Under the pieces are notes generated by a model. It was given only the letters and a program-made list of their open reading frames with translations, was not told where the DNA came from and did no database searches. The translations under genes were made by a program, and so were the position numbers. From an uncultured Clostridia bacterium (GTDB lineage: Bacteria; Bacillota; Clostridia; Christensenellales; CAG-917): DNA of 38,193 nt. Numbering within the stretch: the stretch's first letter is position 1; each line of letters starts with the position of its first letter. The stretch covers positions 1-38,193 of the forward strand of contig CANQCC010000003.1 in assembly GCA_947589635.1 (NCBI GenBank). Direction: 5' to 3'. This document shows positions 29,936 to 38,193 of this stretch, piece by piece.

Positions 29936-31396
29936 GTGGAGAGGACTGCAAAAAGACGAGAATACAATATGACGGAAGGTCCGCTTTTTACAAAGCTGAT
30001 CGCGTTTGCCATTCCTCTAGCGCTGTCGGGCATATTGCAGCTGCTTTTCAACTCCGCCGACCTTGTGGTCATAGGGCAATTTTCAAAGACGGGCACGGAA
30101 TCGCTTGCGGCGGTAAGCTCCAACAACGCGCTGATAAACCTCATCGTCAACGTGTCGATAGGGCTGTCCGTGGGCGCCAACGTCATCATGGCGCACGCGA
30201 TAGGCGCAAATGACTTCGATAGGGCGCAGCGCACTTTGCACACCTCCATATTGCTGTCCATAATCTGCGGCGTGGTCATGGGTATAATAGGCGTATTCAT
30301 GTCGCACACTTTCCTCGTGTGGATGAAGACGGATCCCGCCGTGCTTGAAAAGGCGACGGACTATCTGGGCATATATTTTATGGGTACCCCCGCAAACATA
30401 GTCTACAACTTCGGCGCCGCCATTCTCAGGGCGAAAGGGGATACAAAACGCCCTCTGATATACCTTGCGGCGGCGGGCGTGCTTAACGTAGGCCTCAATC
30501 TGATATTCGTGATATTCGCGGGGCTTGACGTCATGGGAGTCGCGCTTGCGACGATAATTTCGCAATATCTATCAATGGTCCTCGTGCTTGTCGCGCTGAT
30601 GAGGGAGAAGGGCTGTTGCAAACTGACCTGGCGCAAACTCGCGATGAAAAAGAGAGAACTGCTCGATATAGTGCGCGTGGGGCTGCCATCGGGCATACTC
30701 AACTCCTTTTTCGCAATTTCCAACGTGATAATCCAATCAAGCGTGAACGGCTTCGGCGCGGTAGTCATGGCGGGCAACGCTACGGGATCAAGCCTCGAGG
30801 GATACGTGTATACCTCCATGAACGCGGTTTCAAGCACCGCCACCACGTTTGCGGGGCAAAACTACGGCGCAAAAAAGTACGACCGAGTGAACACCGTCAT
30901 GTGGCAATGCATGCTGATAACCACCGCGATAAGCGTCGTCATGGGCGGAGCAATTTTGTTGCTTGGAAAGCCGCTTGCGGCAATCTACTCAAAAGACCCC
31001 GCGGTCATCGCCTTTTCGGTCGAGAGAAACAAAATAATTTTGCCCATCTATTTTGTGTGCGGCATGGTCGAGATCCTCGTGGGCTGTCTGCGCGGCCTCA
31101 ACTTTGCGATAGCGCCCATGATCCCGTCCTTCCTGTGCGTGTGCGTGTTCAGAATAATCTGGGTCTACACCGCTTTCAAAGCCACGCCGACCACGCTGGT
31201 GCTGTATCTCAGCTATCCCATCAGCTGGGTCCTCAACATCGTCATAGACGCCGTGCTGTACGCCGTCTTCTACCGCCGCCTCACCCGCCCAAGCAAAGCC
31301 ATGCTCGGATATATCAAAACCGCGGTCTACCGCCGCGTCCGTGCGACGGAAACAACCTCATCGGAAACCGCAATTTGCACAGAATCCGCGCTTTAA
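29936..31396 (+). CDS. MATE family efflux transporter
   Basis: MTEGP, FAIPL..LQLLFN.AD, ILRAKGDTKRP, GVALAT, GQNYGA; ~12 TM helices; start GTG 29936 or ATG 29969. Confidence 0.93.
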   Translation: MERTAKRREYNMTEGPLFTKLIAFAIPLALSGILQLLFNSADLVVIGQFSKTGTESLAAVSSNNALINLIVNVSIGLSVGANVIMAHAIGANDFDRAQRTLHTSILLSIICGVVMGIIGVFMSHTFLVWMKTDPAVLEKATDYLGIYFMGTPANIVYNFGAAILRAKGDTKRPLIYLAAAGVLNVGLNLIFVIFAGLDVMGVALATIISQYLSMVLVLVALMREKGCCKLTWRKLAMKKRELLDIVRVGLPSGILNSFFAISNVIIQSSVNGFGAVVMAGNATGSSLEGYVYTSMNAVSSTATTFAGQNYGAKKYDRVNTVMWQCMLITTAISVVMGGAILLLGKPLAAIYSKDPAVIAFSVERNKIILPIYFVCGMVEILVGCLRGLNFAIAPMIPSFLCVCVFRIIWVYTAFKATPTTLVLYLSYPISWVLNIVIDAVLYAVFYRRLTRPSKAMLGYIKTAVYRRVRATETTSSETAICTESAL

Positions 31397-31468
31397 TATG
31401 CAAAAACGAAGCGTTAAACCTCGTTTTCGGTTGGCGGCGCATACGCGCCGAGGTTGGTTTTGATTGGG

Positions 31469-32335
31469 TCAAAGCTCTATAAGTTCATAATCGAGTTCGC
31501 CTATGTTTAGGTCGGCGGCGCAATAGATGGTATGCGTGCCGTTGCGGCTTTCCACTCTTTCAAGGAAGTGTTTTTGTCCGGGGTCGTCCTTCGCGGCGTA
31601 AACGAGGTCTATGCATGCCTTGTCGATCGCGACGGGATCGAGGGAGGCAAGCACGCCGATATCCTTCATGCACGGGTCCTCCGCCACGGCGCAGCAGTCG
31701 CAGTCGACGGACATATTTTTCATGACGTTGATATACGCGGCGTTGTCCTTGAACAGGCGCACTACGGAAGCGGCGGCGTCCGCCATGGACTCCAGAAACT
31801 TGTCGTGGTTGGCGGTCCACATCAGGGCGGGATGGCCCGCGCCGTGGATGTACGCTTTGCCGTGGGAGGAAGCTATGCCGATGGACAGTTGCTTAAGCGC
31901 TCCGCCATATCCGCCCATGGGATGCCCTTTGAAGTGGGACAGCACAAGCAGGCTGTCATAGTTAAGCAGGTTTTTGCCCACATAGTTCTTTTTTATCACC
32001 TTGCCGTCCGGGATCTCCAGTACGGCGTCGGGGCCTTCCGCGTCCAGCAGGTCGAAGTCGAAGACGGTGCTCCAGCCGTGTTTTTCAATGGTTTTCAAGT
32101 GCTTTTTGGTGGTGTTGCGCTGCCCGTCATAGGCGGTATTGCACTCCACGACCACGCCGCCGACATAGTCCACGATAGGCTTGAAAAATTCCGGATGCAG
32201 GAAGTTCTGATTGCCCACCTCGCCCGAGTGCACTTTTACGGCAACCTTCCCGGGAAGCTCTTTGCCGAGCGCCTTATAAAGCCTCAAAACGCTTTGAGGG
32301 GTGATCTCCCTTGTAAAATAAACTTTCGCCGCCAT
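31469..32335 (-). CDS. DUF362 domain protein (putative Fe-S protein)
   Basis: AVKVHSGE, ECNTAY.G.R, SHFKGH..GYGGALKQL, DCDC, DIGVLASLDPVAID; start ATG 32335 after GGAGG. Confidence 0.85.
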   Translation of the reverse strand: MAAKVYFTREITPQSVLRLYKALGKELPGKVAVKVHSGEVGNQNFLHPEFFKPIVDYVGGVVVECNTAYDGQRNTTKKHLKTIEKHGWSTVFDFDLLDAEGPDAVLEIPDGKVIKKNYVGKNLLNYDSLLVLSHFKGHPMGGYGGALKQLSIGIASSHGKAYIHGAGHPALMWTANHDKFLESMADAAASVVRLFKDNAAYINVMKNMSVDCDCCAVAEDPCMKDIGVLASLDPVAIDKACIDLVYAAKDDPGQKHFLERVESRNGTHTIYCAADLNIGELDYELIEL

Positions 32336-32365
32336 AAAAACCTCCAAAATCAAATGTACATAACA

Positions 32366-32394
32366 ATGATAATATATTTTTCGCCCGTTTTCAA
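32366..32394 (-). promoter_or_regulatory. Candidate sigma-A promoter of the DUF362 gene
   Basis: Minus strand TTGAAA-17-TATCAT. Confidence 0.5.
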
Positions 32395-32517
32395 GCGGAA
32401 ATTGCGCTTCGAGGGCAAGTTGCGGATATATAAATATAATAATATAAACTTAAATTTATTTCAATATAAAATATGGGCTTTCATAGGGGGACTATTATCG
32501 CCGGCGCAGGCTGCCGT

Positions 32518-32582
32518 CTTTATGCAATCTTAATGCGAGAGGCGTCATCTTTATGCTCATTTAATACGCGGAGTGCGATAAT
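32518..32582 (+). promoter_or_regulatory. Tandem direct-repeat boxes (OmpR/KdpE-type) plus extended -10 of the ktr operon
   Basis: CTTTATG(32518)/CTTAATG(32529) and CTTTATG(32549)/TTTAATA(32560), each pair with 11-bp period; TGcGATAAT at 32574-32582. Confidence 0.6.
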
Positions 32583-32600
32583 TATCGAAAACGAGGGGAT

Positions 32601-33920
32601 ATGAAGGGCATACTCAAAAGACTTACAAGCGCGCAGGTCATAGCCATCGGCTTTGCCGCCGCAATACTTATAGGCACGCTGTTGCTGCTGCTGCCTTTCG
32701 CGACGAGAAGCGGCAAGTGCGCCGGTTTTATGAATGCGTTTTTTACCTCCACGTCCGCGATGTGCGTTACGGGGCTTGTCGTGCAGGACACCTCGACGTA
32801 CTGGTCGGCGTTTGGGCAGGTGATCATCCTCATACTAATTCAGATAGGCGGCATGGGGGTCGTGTCGTTTGCGGCGCTCATCTCGTTGCTTGCGCGCAGG
32901 CGCATAGGCCTTCTCGAGCGCAGCACTCTTCAGGAGGCGATCTCCGCGCCCACGATAGGCGGCGTGGTGCGCCTTACGGGATTTGTGCTTATCTTCACCG
33001 CCATAATGGAGTTTTTGGGCTTTATAATGTTGCTCCCCGCGTTTTGCAAGCAGTTTGGCGCGATAGGGATATGGTACAGTCTTTTTCACTCCGTCTCGGC
33101 GTTTTGCAACGCGGGCTTCGACATAGTGGGCGAGGGTTATTCCTCTCTCACGGCGTATGCCGCAAATCCCCTGATCAACATAACGATAGTCATTCTGATA
33201 GTCGTCGGCGGCATAGGCTTCACCACCGTTTACGACATAGTCAAGCACCGCCATCACCTTGGCGCCTACAGCCTGCAGAGCAAAGTAGTGCTGATAACAA
33301 ACGCCTTTTTGCTTGTGTTGCCCGCGCTTTACCTGTTCTTCTTTGAGTTCAAGGGCATGCCCGCGGGAGAGCGCGCCTGGGTGGCCATATTCCAATCCGT
33401 CACGACAAGGACGGCGGGTTTTAATACCGCGGACCTCACCTTGCTTAACGACAGAGGCAAATCGCTTATGATATTTTTAATGCTTGTAGGCGGCTCCCCG
33501 GGGTCTACGGCAGGCGGCATGAAGACGACTACTCTTGCTGCGCTTGTCATCACCGCGGCGTCCGTGTTCAGGCGCAAGGACTATACAAAGTGCCTCAATC
33601 GTCGTCTCAGGGACGACACGGTAAAAAACTCCATCGCCATACTGATCCTTTACTTCTCGCTGTTCTTCGTGGGCGGCATGGCGATAAGCGCAATAGACGA
33701 CAGACCTCTTATCGATTGCCTGTTCGAGGCCGCCTCCGCCGTCGGCACGGTAGGGCTGTCGCTTACGGGTACGGCGACGCTGTCCGTCGGGTCGCAGGTC
33801 ATACTCGCGCTGCTTATGTATCTGGGCAGAGTGGGCGCGCTCACGCTTGTGTTCGCCGCGTTCACCTCAAGAAATAACGTTGCCGCTAAGCCTCCGGAAG
33901 AGAAGCTTACGGTAGGATAA
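32601..33920 (+). CDS. ktrB: Ktr/Trk potassium uptake membrane subunit (KtrB-type)
   Basis: Four pore-loop motifs CVTG, CNAG, RTAG, GTVG; GGSPGSTAGGMK; MYLGRVG. Confidence 0.9.
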   Translation: MKGILKRLTSAQVIAIGFAAAILIGTLLLLLPFATRSGKCAGFMNAFFTSTSAMCVTGLVVQDTSTYWSAFGQVIILILIQIGGMGVVSFAALISLLARRRIGLLERSTLQEAISAPTIGGVVRLTGFVLIFTAIMEFLGFIMLLPAFCKQFGAIGIWYSLFHSVSAFCNAGFDIVGEGYSSLTAYAANPLINITIVILIVVGGIGFTTVYDIVKHRHHLGAYSLQSKVVLITNAFLLVLPALYLFFFEFKGMPAGERAWVAIFQSVTTRTAGFNTADLTLLNDRGKSLMIFLMLVGGSPGSTAGGMKTTTLAALVITAASVFRRKDYTKCLNRRLRDDTVKNSIAILILYFSLFFVGGMAISAIDDRPLIDCLFEAASAVGTVGLSLTGTATLSVGSQVILALLMYLGRVGALTLVFAAFTSRNNVAAKPPEEKLTVG

Positions 33921-33928
33921 GGAGAAAT

Positions 33929-34576
33929 ATGAAAAACATCTTGCTTATAGGGCTCGGCCGTTTCGGACGGCACATCGCGGAGGAGTTAAACCGCATGGGA
34001 CATCGCATAATGGCGGTCGACAGCGACGAAAACAGGGTCAACGCCGTGCTTGCCTACGCCTCCAACGCGCAGATAGGCGACAGCACGGATCGCGCTTTTC
34101 TCACCTCGCTCGGCGTGGACAACTATGACGCGGCGATAGTCGCGATCGGCGACGATTTTCAAAGCTCTCTCGAGACCACGTCCCTGCTTAAGGAGCTTGG
34201 CGCAAGGCACGTGATATCCCGCGCGGCGACTGAAGTGCATGAAAAATTTCTGCTCCGCAACGGCGCCGACGAGGTCGTCTATCCCGAAAAGGAGCTCGCG
34301 CGCTGGACGGCGGTCAGATGCACCTCGGATCACATCCTCGACTACATCCCGATAGACGGCGACATCTCCATATTTGAGACCACCGTCCCCGACGGCTGGA
34401 AGGGCAAGAGCATAATAGCCCTCGACGTGCGCCGCCGCTACGGCATAAACATAATAGGCCTCAAGAAAAACGGCGCCATAGAACTCGGCATAAACCCCGA
34501 GACCTTGCTCGACGGGGATATGTCCCTGTATATGGTAGGCGACATCAAGGCGATAAAGAAGTGCCTGCACTTCTAA
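33929..34576 (+). CDS. ktrA: Ktr/Trk regulatory RCK subunit (KtrA-type)
   Basis: IGLGRFG nucleotide-binding motif, GADEVVYPE, single RCK_N plus RCK_C, 215 aa. Confidence 0.9.
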   Translation: MKNILLIGLGRFGRHIAEELNRMGHRIMAVDSDENRVNAVLAYASNAQIGDSTDRAFLTSLGVDNYDAAIVAIGDDFQSSLETTSLLKELGARHVISRAATEVHEKFLLRNGADEVVYPEKELARWTAVRCTSDHILDYIPIDGDISIFETTVPDGWKGKSIIALDVRRRYGINIIGLKKNGAIELGINPETLLDGDMSLYMVGDIKAIKKCLHF

Positions 34577-34586
34577 GGAGGCCGAT

Positions 34587-34928
34587 ATGAAGCGCCACGA
34601 CAACGTAATAGACGTCGACGTAGACGACAACGAACTTGTAAGGGCGCTTGCGGAGCTCCCCGACAGATGCAGAAGCCTCAATCCGTTTTTGCGCTGTACC
34701 GTCAGTTACGCTCCCGCAAGCGAGATCCCCCCGAGACTTCGTCGCCGCATAAGCGATATCGCCGTGCTTTCGGGGGCGGAGACTCCGCGCGGAGTCAAGT
34801 GCGTGTCCGTCGCGGGAAGACGCGTCATGTACGGCGCCAAAGAGGCGAACGATCCCAAGATCGGATGGATTTTGGACATTATTATCGATCTTTTGAATAA
34901 TTTTTCGTGCGTCGGCGCCAAAGTGTGA
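34587..34928 (+). CDS. Hypothetical 113-aa protein resembling half of a LysR substrate-binding domain
   Basis: Strong SD AAGGAGG; lies within the operon; spacing RCRSLNP..R.....E....LRR..DIAV..G....G follows the LysR effector-domain N-terminal pattern. Confidence 0.6.
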   Translation: MKRHDNVIDVDVDDNELVRALAELPDRCRSLNPFLRCTVSYAPASEIPPRLRRRISDIAVLSGAETPRGVKCVSVAGRRVMYGAKEANDPKIGWILDIIIDLLNNFSCVGAKV

Positions 34929-34934
34929 TATAAT
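34926..34934 (+). promoter_or_regulatory. Extended -10 promoter for kdpDE (leaderless arrangement)
   Basis: TGaTATAAT, then 6 nt to ATG 34941; no SD. Confidence 0.6.
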
Positions 34935-34940
34935 TTCGTT

Positions 34941-36886
34941 ATGGACGTCATGACGGAACAAAATTCACGCGTGCAGGAGCACATCCTTGTCTGCCTTTCT
35001 TCCGCCCCTTCCAACGCGAGCATAATCCGCACCGCCGCGCAGATGGCAAAGGCATACGGCGGGAGGTTCACCGCGCTTTTTGTTGAGACGGCAAATTTTT
35101 CTAAGGCAACTCCCGCGGACAAAGCCCGCCTTGCGGAACACATCGAGCTTGCCAAAAGCCTTGACGCGGAGATCGAGACTGTTTTCGGCGACGACATCGC
35201 CTATCAGATCGCGCGATTTTCCGAAGAGGCGGGAATTACCAAACTTGTCATAGGCAGAAGCACTTTTACAAAGCGGCGCCTCTTTTCAAGATCCAACCTC
35301 ATCGACAGCCTTCTTTCGTACGCGCCCGAAGTGGAGATCCACATAATCCCCGACAAAAACGCCGACGCGCCCTACGTCCCCAAAAGATCGGGCGGCGGGT
35401 GGCTTAAAATTTTGATAAACGCGGGCATAAGCCTTGCGATACTCGGCGTGGCGACGCTGCTTTGTTACCTCTTTCAACGCCTCGGCTTTGCGGACGCCAA
35501 CATGATCATGGTCTCGGCGTGCTTGTGACTTCGGTCGCGACGTCAAGCATAGCGTTCAGTCTGTTGTCCTCTCTGGCGGGAGTGCTGCTCTTCAATTTTT
35601 TGTTCACGGTGCCGCGCTTTTCGCTTACGGCGTACGGCACGGGATACCCGGTGACCTTCCTCATAATGTTTATCACCGCGGGCGTATCCGGACTGCTCGC
35701 GCAGAGGTACAGAAGCCAGGCGAGCGGCTCGCACAAAACCGCTCATCGTTTGAAACTTCTGCTTGACACAAACAAGCTGTTGCTCAGCGAGACGGACGGG
35801 GACAAGATCCTAACTCTTGCGGCAGGGCAGTTAAAGAAACTGTTTAAGGCGGACGTCATAATCTTCGACGCGGACATGAACGTAAAGTATTTCCCCGCCG
35901 ATACGACAAAACCCGCTGTTTATGACCTCGAAACAGAAAGAAAAAGTGCCGAATTTGTGATAAACGGCAGTCAAGCTCCCGCCGAAAAGGCAGAGGCAAA
36001 ACCCAAGTTTTTCTATCTTCCTCTCAGGGTGGAAGACAAATGTTTCGGCGCGATAGGGATCCCCGACGACGCGCTTGGAGCCTTTGACAGGGACACGTTT
36101 ATGTCCGTCGCGCTTGAATGCGCGCTCGCGCTCGCCAACGAGCAGAACAGGCGGGAGAAGGAAAAAGTCGCCATAGTCGCAAGCAACGAACAATTGAGGG
36201 CGAACATACTTCGCTCCATATCTCACGATCTGCGCACGCCGTTGACGTCCATTTCCGGGGGCGCCGCCAACCTGCTTGAAAACGGGGATAAGCTTGACGA
36301 GGAGACAAGAAAAAGTTTGCTCCGGGACATCGTCAAGGAGTCCGAAAGGCTTTCCGAGCTTGTGGAAAACGTGCTTGCCTCCACGCGCATGGAGGACGGC
36401 GAATTTAAGTTGCGCCTCTCCGACGAGCTGATAGGCGACATCGCCGACGCCGCGGTAAACTACTGCTCCAAGAGGACGGAAGGGCGCTCGCTCTCGCTGG
36501 TTTCGGACGAAGGCATGTGCTTCGTAAGCGCGGACGCCAAGTTGATAGTGCAGGTTATCGTCAACCTTATAGACAACGCGATAAAGTATACGCCCGCCGG
36601 CTCGCACATCGAGGTGAGAGTGGAAGACGTCGGCAACAATGTGCGCGTAAGCGTGGCGGACGACGGCTACGGCGTGGCGGAAGAGGATAAACCCCACATC
36701 TTCGAAAAGTTTTTCAGAGGGACAAACGGCATATCGGACAGCAGGCGCTCGCTCGGGCTCGGGCTGTACCTCTGCAAGGCGATAATCGAGGCGCACGGCG
36801 GCGCCATCCGCCTCGAGGACAACGTGCCTCACGGCGCAAAATTCGTATTCGAACTTGCTAAAAAGGAGATAAAGATAAATGAATAA
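34941..36886 (+). pseudogene. kdpD: KdpD-type sensor histidine kinase (Usp-DUF4118-GAF-like-HisKA-HATPase), split by a frameshift near 35514
   Basis: Frame 1: EHILVCLSSAPSN Usp domain and first TM, ending ANMIMV; frame 2 resumes LGVL..FNFLFTVPR, SISHDLRTPLTSI, NLIDNAIKY, DDGYG, GLGL. The junction lacks 1 (mod 3) nt. Could be an assembly error. Confidence 0.8.
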
Positions 36887-37571
36887 ACCGCTCATTCTTG
36901 TCGTTGAGGACGATCCCTCCGTGCGCAACCTGATCGCCACTACCCTAAAAGCCAACGATTTTGGCTATATTTTGGCGGAGAGCGGTTCGGACGGCGCGGC
37001 GCAGGCGGCGACGCACAATCCCGATATAATCCTGCTCGACCTCGGCCTCCCCGACATTGACGGCATAGAGGTTATAAAACAGGTGCGCGGCTGGGCGATC
37101 ACTCCCATCATCGTCATAAGCGCGCGCAGCGAAGACTCCGACAAGATCGCGGCGCTCGACGCGGGCGCGGACGACTATTTGACCAAACCCTTTTCGGTGG
37201 AGGAATTGCTCGCTCGCCTGCGCGCTACCCAGCGCCGCCTCGCCTATACAAGCAGCGCCTCCTCAACTTCCGTATTTGAAAACGGCGGACTCAGAATAGA
37301 CTACGCCGCAGGCTGCGCCTCCCTCGACGGCGAGGAGCTCCACCTGACCTCCATCGAGTATAAATTGCTCTGCCTGCTCGCGCAAAACGTGGGCAAAGTC
37401 CTCACCCATAAGTTCATCACCACAAACGTCTGGGGCAGCAGCTGGGATAACGATATCGCCTCCCTGCGCGTCTTTATGGCCACCCTCCGCAAAAAACTCG
37501 AGAGCGCCGACAAAGAAAGACAATATATCCAAACCCATATCGGCGTCGGCTACCGCATGGTCAGGTTGTAA
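36879..37571 (+). CDS. kdpE: KdpE-type OmpR-family response regulator
   Basis: ILVVEDD, LLDLGLPDIDG, PIIVISAR, ALDAGADDYLTKPF, KVLTH, LRVFMATLRKKLE, IQTHIGVGYR. Confidence 0.92.
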   Translation: MNKPLILVVEDDPSVRNLIATTLKANDFGYILAESGSDGAAQAATHNPDIILLDLGLPDIDGIEVIKQVRGWAITPIIVISARSEDSDKIAALDAGADDYLTKPFSVEELLARLRATQRRLAYTSSASSTSVFENGGLRIDYAAGCASLDGEELHLTSIEYKLLCLLAQNVGKVLTHKFITTNVWGSSWDNDIASLRVFMATLRKKLESADKERQYIQTHIGVGYRMVRL

Positions 37572-37623
37572 ATGGCTTTGGATATACGCGCGGCTGCTCG
37601 CCCCGCTTACAATTTGCAAAGGA

Positions 37624-37820
37624 ATGTTATTTTGTACGGCGTCCCACCCTCGCTTTCGCTCGGTAGGGACGCCGTTTAATTATTATTTATGTACGGCGCT
37701 CCGCTCCGCGCTTTCGCTCGGAACGAAACGCCGATATGTTATTATTTATGCAGGGCTCCTCGCACCGCGTTCATGTGGGCTCCTCGCCCACACCTCGGCA
37801 AAGGGCGTTACGCCCTTTGC
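37624..37820. repeat. Cluster of REP-like GC hairpins with repeated AT-rich linkers
   Basis: Units with 57-59 bp period starting (A)TGTTATT(A)TTT(A)TG(T/C)A(C/G)GGC; perfect stems ACGGCGTCCC/GGGACGCCGT (37636-37675) and GCAAAGGGCG/CGCCCTTTGC (37798-37820); loop CGCTTTCGCTCG twice. Confidence 0.7.
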
Positions 37821-38072
37821 AAACCCGTGCTAAAAACGCGAGCTCGGCAAATCCTTGCCTTCCCTTGCGTTTTTGGGTTGGTAAATGGTCATAACTCCTG
37901 CGGGAAACTTTGATTTTTGCGTTTGCGAAGTCTGAACGTGACGTAAACTATGTCATGCAGGAGTTATAGTAACGCTCGCCGGGCCGGAGTTATGATAACC
38001 TTTGTCCGAGCGGTCGTTTTATACGGGACCCCCACCACCGCTGCTCTGCCGCGGAGCCTCCCCCTATATATC

Positions 38073-38193
38073 ACCCCATAAAACTCGCTACGCTCCTTTC
38101 TATGGGGACTCCGATCCATTACCCCACAAACTCGCTACGCAATTTTGCGGGGACCCCGATCCATTACCCCACAAACTCGCTACGCAATTTTGC
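38073..38193. repeat. Tandem ~45-bp palindromic repeats truncated by the window end
   Basis: Unit ACCCCACAAACTCGCTACGCAATTTTGCGGGGACCCCGATCCATT at 38121, partial identical copy from 38166, diverged 48-bp copy at 38073. Confidence 0.85.

Noticed and set aside
35462-35528. Programmed -1 frameshift or naturally split KdpD
   Set aside because: No slippery sequence, conserved residues are missing at the junction, and the second frame has no credible SD/start.
37624-37913. Small ORFs 37624-37833 and 37689-37913
   Set aside because: They lie across the hairpin repeats, with no SD and no protein-like composition.
37960-38000. dif/XerD-like arm (TTATGATAAC)
   Set aside because: No matching XerC arm at 6-bp spacing.
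37624-38193. Possible CRISPR array
   Set aside because: No unique spacers between identical repeats, few units, and no cas genes in the window.

Overview
Chromosomal segment from a moderately GC-rich Bacillota (Clostridia-like) bacterium; taxonomy is inferred from gene content and sigma-A/SD style only. Gene order: ftsH (3' part)-cysE-cysS; a small membrane ORF behind a sigma-G-like promoter; a minus-strand four-gene operon (ABC ATPase, duplicated ABC-2 permease, 1059-aa membrane-anchored Ig/beta-helix protein, 936-aa repeat lipoprotein); pdxK; Nudix hydrolase and dut; type III glutamine synthetase with a dense regulatory leader; a csoR-copA copper operon; dnaG-sigA-trmK-nif3-zinc ribbon-lacZ-ydcF; a MATE exporter; a DUF362 protein; ktrB-ktrA-orf113-kdpD (frameshifted)-kdpE; and a ~600-bp hairpin/repeat-rich tail that runs off the window end. 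No rRNA, tRNA, CRISPR array or transposase was seen. Strongest candidates for undescribed biology: (1) the ABC transporter plus two large surface proteins operon; (2) a copper module with a tandem two-domain CsoR (asymmetric metal sites) and a CopZ-like domain with its own ribosome binding site nested in the copA 3' end; (3) a Ktr K+ uptake operon apparently wired to KdpDE, containing a half-LysR-domain miniprotein; (4) several leaderless genes. All family assignments come from motif reading by eye, not from database searches.
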